DNA of 64,000 bases, from positions 256,001-320,000 of the forward strand of contig CAXXDQ010000008.1 of assembly GCA_963664325.2 (NCBI GenBank), given 5' to 3'. A program made the translations under genes and the position numbers. The first letter of the stretch is position 1; each line of letters begins with the position of its first letter. Below are positions 31,601-41,170 of this stretch, piece after piece. The notes below the pieces were generated by a model. The model was given only the letters and a program-made list of their open reading frames with translations. It searched no databases and was not told the DNA's origin. The DNA is from Desulfomonilia bacterium (lineage in GTDB: Bacteria > Desulfobacterota > Desulfomonilia > UBA1062).

Positions 31601-32809
31601 TTACATTACCTCATTTTGCGTTTGGGCGACGGCTGCATCGATCTGGGCCTTCAGATCAGCCGGCAGCCCTGGAATATCAACATTAAGGAATCCCCTTACG
31701 ATTGTTGAAGTAGCTTCAGACTCGGAAAGTCCCCTGGACATCAGGTAGAATATTTCTTCCTGGTTGATTTTACCTACAGCCGCTTCATGTGACATTTCGA
31801 CGCCTTCGGCCTTGCCGTGAAGTTCCGGAACTGCAAATATGTCGCCGCCGTTCAAGATCAGGCCGTTGCACTCAAGGTGTGCCTTTACACCTGACACGTC
31901 TCCCATAAGATGGCCGCGGTTTATGATTGTACCTCCATTGCTTATTGAACGGGCAATAATTTCAGCGCGTGTTTCGGGCGCACTCAGCAGTATTTTCCCA
32001 CCTACATCAAGTTCTGTTCCAGGATGGCCGACCAGCAGGCTGTAGAACCTCGCCACTGCTCCTCTTCCGATAAGTTTAGTCGTCGGATACATCTGGAGCG
32101 ATTTTAACGGTTTCATGCAGATATAATTGTTTATGAAAAGCCCGTCTTCTTCAACAATGCCGACAGAACGGGGCCTGACATTCATGCCCTCTGCCCAGTG
32201 ATGGATCATTGTAAAGCTCAGACTGGCGTTTCTTTTTACAAAGAATTCAGAAATACCAACATGCAGGCCTTTATTTACATGGGTACCTGAAACGCAGCCC
32301 GTTATTACGTGCAATTCGGAATCCTCTCCTGCGATGATCAGGTTATGCACATTCTGGCTTAATGCATCCTGATGGAGGTAAAGGCATGCCTGGACCGGGA
32401 AGGTGACCTTGGCACCAGGCAAGGTCCTTATAACGTAGCCGTTATGAAGGTCAGTATATGCCAGCGCGGTATACTTGTCCTGATCGGCTGATACCAGCTT
32501 CCAGTAATATTCCTTGATCCATTCCAGCTTGAGGGCTTCCTTGATGGGAATTACTTCAAGCCCGTCCATCATGGATTGTGCATAGACCGCTGATGTATCC
32601 TTCTGGACGTACGATCCCGAACGGTCGACCTCGCTGGCATCGACGCCGGCCTTTAACATTATTTCCTTGTCTTCTGAAGGCAACTCTTCAAGCTTTTCAA
32701 TTGGAAGATGGCATTCGCCCTCGATGCAGTATTCATCAAGCACAATATCAGGACCGAAAGCGGCTTTTTTGTCTTTTGCCAGATCTATTTTATCTTCTAT
32801 CTCATGCAT
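31601..32809 (-). CDS. sufB: SufB/SufD-family Fe-S scaffold (SmsB-like)
   Basis: QNVHN.II......LHVITGC, H.GISEF, KAHLECNGL, SHEAAVGKI and YLMSRGLSE. Start placed at MHEIEDK. Confidence 0.9.
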   Translation of the reverse strand: MHEIEDKIDLAKDKKAAFGPDIVLDEYCIEGECHLPIEKLEELPSEDKEIMLKAGVDASEVDRSGSYVQKDTSAVYAQSMMDGLEVIPIKEALKLEWIKEYYWKLVSADQDKYTALAYTDLHNGYVIRTLPGAKVTFPVQACLYLHQDALSQNVHNLIIAGEDSELHVITGCVSGTHVNKGLHVGISEFFVKRNASLSFTMIHHWAEGMNVRPRSVGIVEEDGLFINNYICMKPLKSLQMYPTTKLIGRGAVARFYSLLVGHPGTELDVGGKILLSAPETRAEIIARSISNGGTIINRGHLMGDVSGVKAHLECNGLILNGGDIFAVPELHGKAEGVEMSHEAAVGKINQEEIFYLMSRGLSESEATSTIVRGFLNVDIPGLPADLKAQIDAAVAQTQNEVM

Positions 32810-33555
32810 TTTATACACTCCTGATAACCGGCCTTGCTTATTGTCTGGAATATTTCCTGCGGGTTTCCCCTGCATGCCATGACACCGTTGAACAGCACCT
32901 GGCCTCTGTCGGCAGGGACGTAATTCAGAATATACCCGGTATGTGTGATTATGAGTCCCATCCTGCTGCGGTGCCTGTGGGAATGCTTTTGTGAAAGTTC
33001 GGTGTGGGCCTGGAAACTGCGCTGCAAAAGAGAGCCTATTGTATTGCCGATCAGGGCGATGTTTTCCAGGTCGACCCCTGATTCCGGTTCGTCGAAGAGC
33101 ATAAGATCCGGCTGCTGTGCCATCAACTGCAGCAGTTCCGAACGTTTTATTTCACCGCCGGAAAATCCCGCATTTATGTCCCTGTCCAGAAAGTCCGTGA
33201 AATTCACCTGTGCCGCGAGTCCGTCAACATCGGTCTCTCTGCCCTGTCCGCAGATCTCCACCATCTTTCTGGTTTTCAGGCCGTTAATTGTAGGAGGCCT
33301 CTGATATGACATGCCGATACCGAGCTTGGCCCGTTCATGAACAGGCATATTGGTAATATCAGATCCTTTGAAGAATATTCTGCCTGACGTGATTTTGTAT
33401 TGGGGATAACCCATTATTGTCATTAAAAGCGATGTTTTGCCCGAGCCGTTTGGGCCGAAAAGGATATAGACCTCTCCGGAATGGATTTCCATATCCACGC
33501 CCTTGAGGATTTCCTTATCGCCCAGAGATACATGCAGGCCTTCAATCTTGAGCAT
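32797..33555 (-). CDS. sufC: SufC-family ATPase (SmsC-like)
   Basis: GPNGSGKT, GFSGGEIKRSE, DEPESGVD, IITHTG and C-terminal ECIKC. Confidence 0.92.
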   Translation of the reverse strand: MLKIEGLHVSLGDKEILKGVDMEIHSGEVYILFGPNGSGKTSLLMTIMGYPQYKITSGRIFFKGSDITNMPVHERAKLGIGMSYQRPPTINGLKTRKMVEICGQGRETDVDGLAAQVNFTDFLDRDINAGFSGGEIKRSELLQLMAQQPDLMLFDEPESGVDLENIALIGNTIGSLLQRSFQAHTELSQKHSHRHRSRMGLIITHTGYILNYVPADRGQVLFNGVMACRGNPQEIFQTISKAGYQECIKCMR

Positions 33556-33738
33556 TGTTATCTCCTTATTATAAGTTGATGTATTCTTCTATGTCATTAT
33601 TTTTTAAAACCGAAAGGTTCCATTAAGCGCCTTTTATATTCGAAAAATGAAGTGTATCCTTAACATCCTCCATTCATACTGTCTCAGATAAAGCCGTCCT
33701 AATTATATGACGACAGTATGGCCTGTAATTATACTTGT

Positions 33739-34170
33739 CTATGTTGCTATCCAGGCCCCGAAATAGGATAGGATGATGCCTATGACAAGCCCTACTGTTC
33801 CGATCTGCACACGGCGGTCATTCTGCGAAAGCATGTCCAGTATTCCCATGAATTTGCTTCCGCTGGACGCAGGGCTCATCATCTGTAGAGTCATCTTTAT
33901 TGTCGCAATTATTGAATTTGCCGCCTTGTCTCGGATAACGAGTATTATGATGCTGGCTATTATAAGAATATATGCATTCAACATTATAAAGGTTCCAAAG
34001 ATGAAACCTGAAAGCCCTACCTTTGCCTGGACATGTCCCGCAGGGATTTCAAGCTGAATCGGTATGTCGAGGGCACCGTCGTGATCTTCATGCACGCCTT
34101 TGTCACACGCGATAAATGACAGGCTCAAACATATCAACAGGGTATAAAGCAGTGTCTTAAAACTCCTCAC
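33739..34170 (-). CDS. Hypothetical membrane (lipo)protein
   Basis: GGAGG RBS and GTG start; signal peptide ending FIAC; two further TM helices. Confidence 0.6.
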   Translation of the reverse strand: MRSFKTLLYTLLICLSLSFIACDKGVHEDHDGALDIPIQLEIPAGHVQAKVGLSGFIFGTFIMLNAYILIIASIIILVIRDKAANSIIATIKMTLQMMSPASSGSKFMGILDMLSQNDRRVQIGTVGLVIGIILSYFGAWIAT

Positions 34171-34290
34171 GAACTGCCTCCTAAAAGGTATTTCAAAAGA
34201 TATATGCGTGAAATATCGATAATGTCAACCTGCATTAGGCATGATTACCCGATTGACTTACTACGGCATTTGTTGCATCCAAAAAGAATC

Positions 34291-34905
34291 ATGATTGCAA
34301 TAGTTGATTATAAAGCGGGAAACCTCAGGTCGGTTGAAAGGGCGCTCAGGCATATCGGGGCGGACTGTATTATTACAGCCCATCCCCATGCCATACTGAA
34401 TGCTGAAAGGGTGATTTTCCCCGGTGTCGGTGCCGCCGGAAAGGCGATGGAAGCAATCATGAACACTGGCTTGGACAGGGTTTTATGTGAGGTTGTAGGA
34501 CACGGCAATCCCTTCCTTGGAATATGTCTCGGCACACAGGTAATACTTGAAGAAAGCGAGGAGGACGGCGGAATAAAGTGCCTCGGCATAATACCAGGAA
34601 AAACCAGGCGGTTCCCTGAAATGGGCTTGAAAATACCGCACATGGGGTGGAACAACATATCCATTAAAAACGATCACCCTTTGCTTGATGGTGTAGAGAG
34701 GGACGCCCAGTTCTATTTTGTCCACTCATACTTTCCTGACCCGGCGGATAAATCCGATATAGTTGCCGAAACCGGCTACGGGATTGACTTCGCTTCAATA
34801 ATGGCAAGGAGAAATGTATTTGCAACCCAATTCCACCCTGAAAAAAGCGGGGTTGCCGGGCTCAGGATTCTTAAAAATTTCAGCCGCTGGAACGGAAGGT
34901 GTTAA
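34291..34905 (+). CDS. hisH: Imidazole glycerol phosphate synthase glutamine amidotransferase subunit
   Basis: MIAIVDY.AGNLRSV, FPGVGA, GICLG, PHMGWN, YFVHSY and QFHPEKS. Confidence 0.96.
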   Translation: MIAIVDYKAGNLRSVERALRHIGADCIITAHPHAILNAERVIFPGVGAAGKAMEAIMNTGLDRVLCEVVGHGNPFLGICLGTQVILEESEEDGGIKCLGIIPGKTRRFPEMGLKIPHMGWNNISIKNDHPLLDGVERDAQFYFVHSYFPDPADKSDIVAETGYGIDFASIMARRNVFATQFHPEKSGVAGLRILKNFSRWNGRC

Positions 34906-35552
34906 GCCTCTTCCTTCCAGCCGTTTTCACCTATCAGCTTGACGAATCTGCATCCGCCCAAGCTTTCGGTCTTTACCCCGTTTTTCTTTTTCGTTATGCG
35001 TTTTAAATCCTGAAGATACTGATCTCCGACAGGAATGACCAGCATGCCTTCAGGGGCAAGCTGCTCAATGAGCGCTTCAGGTGTTAAAGGTGCCCCTGCA
35101 GTAACGATTATCCTGTCAAAAGGGGCTTCTTTTGCATAACCCTTTGTACCGTCACCCACGACAATCTGGACATTGAATATGCCGAGTTCATCGAGTATTT
35201 TTCTCGCCTTTGATGCAAGAGGAGCAAGGCGTTCAATTGAATAAACAAAGTTGGCAAGCCTTGAAAGGATTGCAGTCTGATAACCTGAACCGGTGCCTAT
35301 TTCCAGAACCCTGCTTTCAGGCTGGAGCTTCAAGGCCTCGGTCATAATGGCCACCATGTATGGCTGCGATATGGTCTGGCCAAGGCCGATGCTCAAGGGG
35401 TAGTCATCATAGGCCTTATACTTGAGGTAGTCTTCCACGAACCTGTGTCTTGGGATATCTGTAAAAGCCTTTAATATTTTTTCATCCTTAATGCCGCGTG
35501 CCATTATCTGGTCGCGCACCATGGTCTGTCTGGCAAGAAGAGGGTCCATCAT
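34902..35552 (-). CDS. pcm: Protein-L-isoaspartate O-methyltransferase
   Basis: GQTISQPYMVA, VLEIGTGSGYQ and APFDRIIVTA. Confidence 0.96.
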   Translation of the reverse strand: MMDPLLARQTMVRDQIMARGIKDEKILKAFTDIPRHRFVEDYLKYKAYDDYPLSIGLGQTISQPYMVAIMTEALKLQPESRVLEIGTGSGYQTAILSRLANFVYSIERLAPLASKARKILDELGIFNVQIVVGDGTKGYAKEAPFDRIIVTAGAPLTPEALIEQLAPEGMLVIPVGDQYLQDLKRITKKKNGVKTESLGGCRFVKLIGENGWKEEA

Positions 35553-35824
35553 TTATCAGTTCCTAGTATTGGAGTCATTTGTTTTATGGATTATACATAG
35601 GCAAACCAATGTTTACAAGGTTATGAAAATATTGCTTTTCGAATCCTGTTGATGAACAATGTCCGAAAGCGCTAAGTATATCACCTAAGGCAGTGCCTAT
35701 CTCCGTGATACAGACTGTTTTTATATATAATATCGGAATTTCATTTTCCATTCTTACGTCCATACAACTCAAAATTGTAGTTCATATGCTTGACCCTTAT
35801 AGGTGCATATAGTAGTTATCAGTT

Positions 35825-36835
35825 ATGGACTTTGTCTGCATTTCAAAGCTCTCACGCTATCTTGATCCGATGAACGGATTTGCACCTGTGGATGCCTGTT
35901 CCGAAATCAGGTATGATCCGCTTACCGGCCATTCAACAAGGATTCTCAATTTTCCTGTCAGGCAGGTAGAAAAGCCGGACCTGACCGAATTAATCGAGAA
36001 ATCAAAGGCCATATGCCCGTTTTGCCCTGAACTGGTCGAACTGGTTACACCGAAGTTTCATCCGGATCTGATAAGCACCGAGAGGTTTATCAGAGGAGGC
36101 GCTATCTGCTTTCCGAATGCATTTCCAAATGATGAGAATGCCGCTGTCACGGTAATGTCCAAATCGCATTATGTGCCGCTCTCAGGGTTTGATGATGCCA
36201 TCCTGGCTGACTCAATAAACTGCTGCATCGATTACCTCGAAGAGATTTCATCAAGGCAGCCGTCAGCGGTTTATCAATCAATAAACTGGAACTATATGCC
36301 CCTGGCGGGCGGTTCGATCATCCACCCCCATCTGCAGATATCTGCATCATCAACACCGACAAATTATTACAGTTCGATCGAGCCTGCTCTATCTGCCTAT
36401 CCGGAAGGAAACGGGAATCTGTTCTGGCATGCGCTTGTCGAGAAAGAAAAGAAACAGGCCCAGAGATTTATTACAGAGGGTGAAAATATATCATGGATTG
36501 TTGCTTTTGCCCCTCTGGGGATATTCGACATAATCGGAATTATAAGGAATTGCACCAGAGCTTCGGATTTGGCAGGGAATGTCCTCTCGGAAATGATTTC
36601 CGGAATTCTGAGGGTGCTCGCTTATATAGATTCGCTTAATATGTACAGCCTGAACATGTCGCTTTACTTCAGGCTGGATAGTAGCATATTCACACCGCAT
36701 ATAAGGATATGTCCCAGGGTGAGTATTCCGCCGTTCGGCACAAGTCAGATAAACTACATGCGCATGCTGCACAACGAGCCCATGACGACAGTAAGGCCAG
36801 AGTCCGTCTGTGAGGCCATAAAATCGATCTGGTAA
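35825..36835 (+). CDS. GalT-like galactose-1-phosphate uridylyltransferase (HIT superfamily)
   Basis: EIRYDPLTG, CPFCP, FPNAFP and NWNY.P.AGGSIIHPHLQ. Confidence 0.85.
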   Translation: MDFVCISKLSRYLDPMNGFAPVDACSEIRYDPLTGHSTRILNFPVRQVEKPDLTELIEKSKAICPFCPELVELVTPKFHPDLISTERFIRGGAICFPNAFPNDENAAVTVMSKSHYVPLSGFDDAILADSINCCIDYLEEISSRQPSAVYQSINWNYMPLAGGSIIHPHLQISASSTPTNYYSSIEPALSAYPEGNGNLFWHALVEKEKKQAQRFITEGENISWIVAFAPLGIFDIIGIIRNCTRASDLAGNVLSEMISGILRVLAYIDSLNMYSLNMSLYFRLDSSIFTPHIRICPRVSIPPFGTSQINYMRMLHNEPMTTVRPESVCEAIKSIW

Positions 36836-36864
36836 ACAGCAAGTAATAACAAAACCGGAGGTGT

Positions 36865-37650
36865 ATGATGAGGAGACTGATATTTTTTGTTTTTGTATTT
36901 CTGGTCTTTTGCCCGGCAGAATCTTTTGCGGCAATGCCTGAATTTGTGTGGGCCGGCGGCGGACTTATGATATCCGATCAATCGAGTCCGGGATATATGG
37001 CCGACACCATGATTTCATTCGGATCATATAATTCCATTGTTTTCTTTGCCGACCCGATGCTTACTCTGAGGCATGAAAAGCTTGGCATAAGCCTGGGCGG
37101 GGGAGGGCGCTTTTCGATGTTTTCCGGTGAGATCATAGGCGGCCTTAATGGGTATTTTGATTATAACAACGATCATAACCATAGACGTTTTGGTGTCGGT
37201 GCAGAGGCGTTTCATAAATATGGTTCGGCTTATTTCAATGTTTATCTTCCTACATCCGGTTTAAATGACGGCCAGGAGGCTTTGCCCGGGTTTGACCTTA
37301 ACGTTTGCATCCCGATACCGGACTATGCATTTATTACAATCTGGCCCGGGTTATATTATTACAGCGGCAAGCACGAAGACAATCTCACGGGAGGAAGCAT
37401 AAAGGTCAAAGTCCAACCCATAAAGCCTCTTGAAGCCTACCTTGGTTTTAGAAGCGACGCCCCTGAATCCGGAAGAAAAACCGGAGAAGTGTTTGCTGGT
37501 ATCGATATAACGATACCGATAAGCGGGTTTGATATTGACAAACTTGTAAAGTTTTACAATCCCAAATACCCGCTTGAGATCAATTCACAAATGGATTCGA
37601 GGGTGGTCCGGGAACGGTTCATTTCCTATGAAAACTATGATGGGGAATAG
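36865..37650 (+). CDS. Inverse-autotransporter (intimin/invasin-type) beta-barrel protein without passenger domain
   Basis: Signal peptide; ISLGGGGR, GLNGYFDY, R.GVGAE, NVYLP, GFDL and a C-terminal M...V.R linker. Confidence 0.7.
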   Translation: MMRRLIFFVFVFLVFCPAESFAAMPEFVWAGGGLMISDQSSPGYMADTMISFGSYNSIVFFADPMLTLRHEKLGISLGGGGRFSMFSGEIIGGLNGYFDYNNDHNHRRFGVGAEAFHKYGSAYFNVYLPTSGLNDGQEALPGFDLNVCIPIPDYAFITIWPGLYYYSGKHEDNLTGGSIKVKVQPIKPLEAYLGFRSDAPESGRKTGEVFAGIDITIPISGFDIDKLVKFYNPKYPLEINSQMDSRVVRERFISYENYDGE

Positions 37651-37702
37651 GGCTGTTAGCGCTTGACTAAATGAAAGTTTGTCTCTAATAAGGGGATGCA
37701 TT

Positions 37703-37779
37703 CGGGAAGTGGCTCAGCCTGGTAGAGCACAGCGTTCGGGACGCTGGGGTCCGGGGTTCAAATCCCCGCTTCCCGACCA
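37703..37779 (+). tRNA. tRNA-Pro(CGG)
   Basis: CGGGAAG/CTTCCCG acceptor stem, D-arm GCTCAGCCTGGTAGAGC, anticodon arm CAGCG-TTCGGGA-CGCTG, GGTTCAAATCC and encoded CCA. Confidence 0.97.
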
Positions 37780-37987
37780 TAATAAAACATCTGTTTATAC
37801 TATTCTAAAGCTTATCAATCTTTCAACGCAGCTTCCCTGGGTTTTGAGAATGGAATAATATTTATTTCCTAAATTACCTGTTTTTAACAATCTCAGCACT
37901 GGCATATGACCTTTGATTATCCAGGCCTGCCTTATAAGCCGACAGCGCCGGTTAACCGTGAATAATTAAATGTAGATATTTAAGAAT

Positions 37988-38005
37988 TATTGATACATAT
38001 CAATA
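37988..38005. promoter_or_regulatory. Perfect FNR-type palindrome TTGAT-N4-ATCAA
   Basis: TATTGATACATATCAATA. Confidence 0.55.
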
Positions 38006-38044
38006 TTATATGAATCTCCCCTGTTTTTCCGAAGGACTCCGCTG

Positions 38045-38073
38045 TTGACATAAGATGTTTATCGATATAAAGT
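38045..38073 (+). promoter_or_regulatory. Sigma70-type promoter
   Basis: TTGACA-17 nt-TAAAGT. Confidence 0.7.
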
Positions 38074-38079
38074 CATATC

Positions 38080-38157
38080 AAGCTATAGCACAATCTATGG
38101 GCTATAGACCTCCTTTTAAAGCCCGCTGCCTACCAAATTACAGCGGGTTATTTTTTT
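38080..38157 (+). ncRNA. Candidate small RNA (5' hairpin, anti-SD linker, intrinsic terminator)
   Basis: CTATAGC/GCTATAG stem, single-stranded ACCTCCTTTTAAA, GCCCGCTG/CAGCGGGT stem followed by TATTTTTTT, directly downstream of the promoter. Confidence 0.55.
38121..38157 (+). terminator. Rho-independent terminator upstream of iolB
   Basis: GCCCGCTG-N12-CAGCGGGT followed by a U-tract. Confidence 0.75.
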
Positions 38158-38299
38158 GCCGCATTCATGTATCAATTTCTTGAAAAAATCATGAATGGAT
38201 ACAGCATATTTTTCCTGCAGGTTAAAAAACAATAATTGTCGTTGATACTGCTTACAAATTCATTATTATCCTGTAATAATTTCATAACAGGAGGAATTA

Positions 38300-39094
38300 A
38301 TGATTATCAGGCAAGGCCCCGGATTCAAGAAAGGATACAACGAGATAACGGTGGCGGGCCGTATGCATCCCGAGATGCTTATGGACTTCGGGATACTCAA
38401 GTTGGAGAAGGGCGATAGTTTCAGTGATGATTCGAAATTTGAAAAATCATACCTGCTGATATCAGGTGAGATCAAAATTATATGGGAGAATAAAAGCAGT
38501 GTAGTCAAACGTAAAAACTGCTTTGATGAAAATCCGTGGTGCCTTCATGCAGGCAAAGAAACGACGGTTGAGATTGAAGGACTCAGTAAATCAGAAGTTG
38601 CTGTTGTGCGTACGGAAAATGAAACAAATTTTGAGCCCAAACTCTATAAACCTTCCGAATGCAATGTCGAGGAAAGAGGCAAGGGCACGATGAAAGAAGC
38701 CTCGACAAGGCTTGTAAAAACCATCTTCGACAATTCGAATGCCCCTTATTCAAACCTTGTGCTGGGCGAAGTGATAGGTTTTCCGGGCAAATGGTCCAGC
38801 TACCCACCTCATCATCACCCTCAGCCCGAAATATATTTTTACAAGTTCTTTCCTGAAAACGGGTTCGGTTTTTCAGAGCTTGGGGATGATGCTTTCAAAC
38901 TCAGACAGAATGACACCATCCTGATAACCGAAGGTTTGACTCATTCACAGGTTACATCACCGGGTCATGCCCTATATTACCTTTGGGTGATAAGACATCT
39001 TGAGAACAACAGATATACAGCGCCCGTATTTATTGATGAGTATAAATGGCTGATGGACGCTAAATCCATTATCTGGCCCGACAGTAAAGCCTAG
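38300..39094 (+). CDS. iolB: 5-deoxy-glucuronate isomerase
   Basis: LVLGEVI...GKWSSYPPHHHPQPEIYFY; AGGAGG RBS; iol context. Confidence 0.9.
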   Translation: MIIRQGPGFKKGYNEITVAGRMHPEMLMDFGILKLEKGDSFSDDSKFEKSYLLISGEIKIIWENKSSVVKRKNCFDENPWCLHAGKETTVEIEGLSKSEVAVVRTENETNFEPKLYKPSECNVEERGKGTMKEASTRLVKTIFDNSNAPYSNLVLGEVIGFPGKWSSYPPHHHPQPEIYFYKFFPENGFGFSELGDDAFKLRQNDTILITEGLTHSQVTSPGHALYYLWVIRHLENNRYTAPVFIDEYKWLMDAKSIIWPDSKA

Positions 39095-39110
39095 ATGAAA
39101 GGAGTGCAGT

Positions 39111-41045
39111 GTGAAATCGGAGAGAATGACTGTTGCACAGGCCCTGGTGATGTTCCTCAATAATCAGTATGTCAGTTACGATGGAAGAGTAGACAAATTC
39201 GTCAAAGGCGTGTTCAACATATTCGGCCATGGCAATGTACTTGGTCTGGGGCAGGCGCTTGAACAGGATGCCGGAGGCCTGCTCATAATTCAGGGCAAAA
39301 ACGAACAGGCAATGACGCATGCCGCTGTCGCTTTTGCCAAGCAGAAGAAGAGGAGGCAGATTTTCGCATGCACGTCTTCTGTCGGCCCGGGTGCGGCAAA
39401 CATGCTGACCGCGGCGGCTACTGCAACGGCCAATCGTATACCCGTGCTCCTGCTGCCAGGAGATACATTTGCGTCCCGTCAGCCCGACCCCGTATTGCAG
39501 CAGGTGGAAAGTTTCAATGACGTTTCGATCAGCACGAATGATGCGTTCAAGGCCGTCTCAAGGTATTGGGACAGGGTTAACAGGCCTGAGCAGCTCATGG
39601 CTGCCATGATAAACGCCATGAGGGTTTTGACCGATCCCGAGAACACCGGTGCAGTAACAATTGCGCTGCCGCAGGATGTTCAGGCTGAGGTTTATGACTA
39701 CCCGGATTATTTTTTTAAAAAGCGCATACATGAAATTGAAAGGAGAGTGCCTTCATCTGAGGCTGTAAAGTCCGCTGTTAAGCTGATTTCAGGCAAGAAA
39801 AAACCGTTTCTCATATTCGGGGGAGGGGCGAAATATTCAGATGCGGCGATTGCCTTTTTAAAGCTTGCCGAGGAATTCAATATCCCCTGGGGTGAAACGC
39901 AGGCTGGAAAAGGCATGCTCATGTCATCTCACCCGCTCAATCTTGGCGGGATTGGCGTAACTGGAACACTGGCCGCTAATGTAATTGCGAAAGAAGCCGA
40001 CCTGATAATCGGGGTAGGCACCAGATATACTGATTTCACGACGGCCTCGAAGTCGCTTTTCGAAAACAGAGAGGTCGATTTTATCAATATCAATGTATGC
40101 AATTTCGATGCGTATAAGCTTGATGCCGTAAGGGTTGTTGCCGATGCAAGACTGGCCCTGGATATCCTGTATAAAGAGCTCAAGGCCATAAAATATGTTT
40201 CAAAATATAAGAATGAAATTATCCGGGCAAAAAAAGAATGGCAGGCGGAGCTGGCAAGGCTCAGGGGTATCAAGTTCGATAAAGGGCTCAGACCCGAGGT
40301 CTGCGGTCATATGGATGGAATAATCGGGGAATTCAATAAAAGCACGGGTTCCATGCTTACGCAGACACGGGCTATCGGTATAATAAATGAAATGCTGAGT
40401 GGGAATGATGTTATTATCGGCGCCTCCGGAAGCCTTCCCGGCGACCTCCAGAGGATGTGGGATGTGAAAGGTGAAAACACCTATCACATGGAATACGGAT
40501 ATTCCTGCATGGGGTATGAGGTTAACGGCGGGCTAGGCGTAAGGATCGCCGAAGAAGACAAAAAGGAAGTCTTCGTATTCGCAGGTGATGGATCATACCT
40601 GATGCTTCATTCCGAACTGCTGACATCCATCCAGGAAAACAGGAAAATCAACGTGCTGCTTTTCGATAATGCCGGTTTCGGATGCATCAACAACCTTCAG
40701 ATGGGGCATGGCATGGACAGCTTTTATACTGAATTCAGAAAACGGGACTTTAAGTCTGGCAAGGCCTGCGGTGAACTGATAAAAGTCGACTATGCAAAAA
40801 ATGCGGCGAGTTACGGCTGCAAAACATTTACAGCTCTGAACGAAAAGGACCTTGTCAGGGCGTTGGAGGATGCAAGAAAGTCGAAGGTATCAACTCTTAT
40901 CGATATTAAAGTAATGCCCAAGACCATGACAAAAGGCTATGAAAGCTGGTGGAATGTGGGTCTTGCACAGACTGCAAGGAAGAAAAAAATTGTTGAAAAG
41001 GGCCGGGAGATCATTGAGACCCGAAAAAGGATAAGGAAATATTGA
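39111..41045 (+). CDS. iolD: THcHDO acylhydrolase (ThDP-dependent, decyclizing)
   Basis: [48 protein letters not shown] and GCINNLQ. Confidence 0.96.
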   Translation: MKSERMTVAQALVMFLNNQYVSYDGRVDKFVKGVFNIFGHGNVLGLGQALEQDAGGLLIIQGKNEQAMTHAAVAFAKQKKRRQIFACTSSVGPGAANMLTAAATATANRIPVLLLPGDTFASRQPDPVLQQVESFNDVSISTNDAFKAVSRYWDRVNRPEQLMAAMINAMRVLTDPENTGAVTIALPQDVQAEVYDYPDYFFKKRIHEIERRVPSSEAVKSAVKLISGKKKPFLIFGGGAKYSDAAIAFLKLAEEFNIPWGETQAGKGMLMSSHPLNLGGIGVTGTLAANVIAKEADLIIGVGTRYTDFTTASKSLFENREVDFININVCNFDAYKLDAVRVVADARLALDILYKELKAIKYVSKYKNEIIRAKKEWQAELARLRGIKFDKGLRPEVCGHMDGIIGEFNKSTGSMLTQTRAIGIINEMLSGNDVIIGASGSLPGDLQRMWDVKGENTYHMEYGYSCMGYEVNGGLGVRIAEEDKKEVFVFAGDGSYLMLHSELLTSIQENRKINVLLFDNAGFGCINNLQMGHGMDSFYTEFRKRDFKSGKACGELIKVDYAKNAASYGCKTFTALNEKDLVRALEDARKSKVSTLIDIKVMPKTMTKGYESWWNVGLAQTARKKKIVEKGREIIETRKRIRKY

Positions 41046-41170
41046 TATGTAATAAGGAAATATGAGTAAGTAATAAGAAATAAATGCAATAAAAGATCAA
41101 AGCATTATGGAAAAATATTTTTTTCTGACTACTGTATCCTCAACACTGACTAATGATTTAGGGGTTAAGA

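Noticed and set aside
35600-35700. GGCAAACC...CTAAG...GGCAGTGCC resembling a c-di-GMP-I riboswitch
   Set aside because: The P2 GNRA hairpin and the spacing do not fit the consensus.
38060-38125. Type I toxin ORF on the minus strand after AAAAGGAGG
   Set aside because: No suitably spaced start codon; the nearest GTG reaches a stop after two codons.
41046-41170. Low-complexity TAATAAG/CTGACTA spacer between iolD and the dehydrogenase as a CRISPR or repeat array
   Set aside because: Only a few degenerate 7-mers, with no regular repeat-spacer period.
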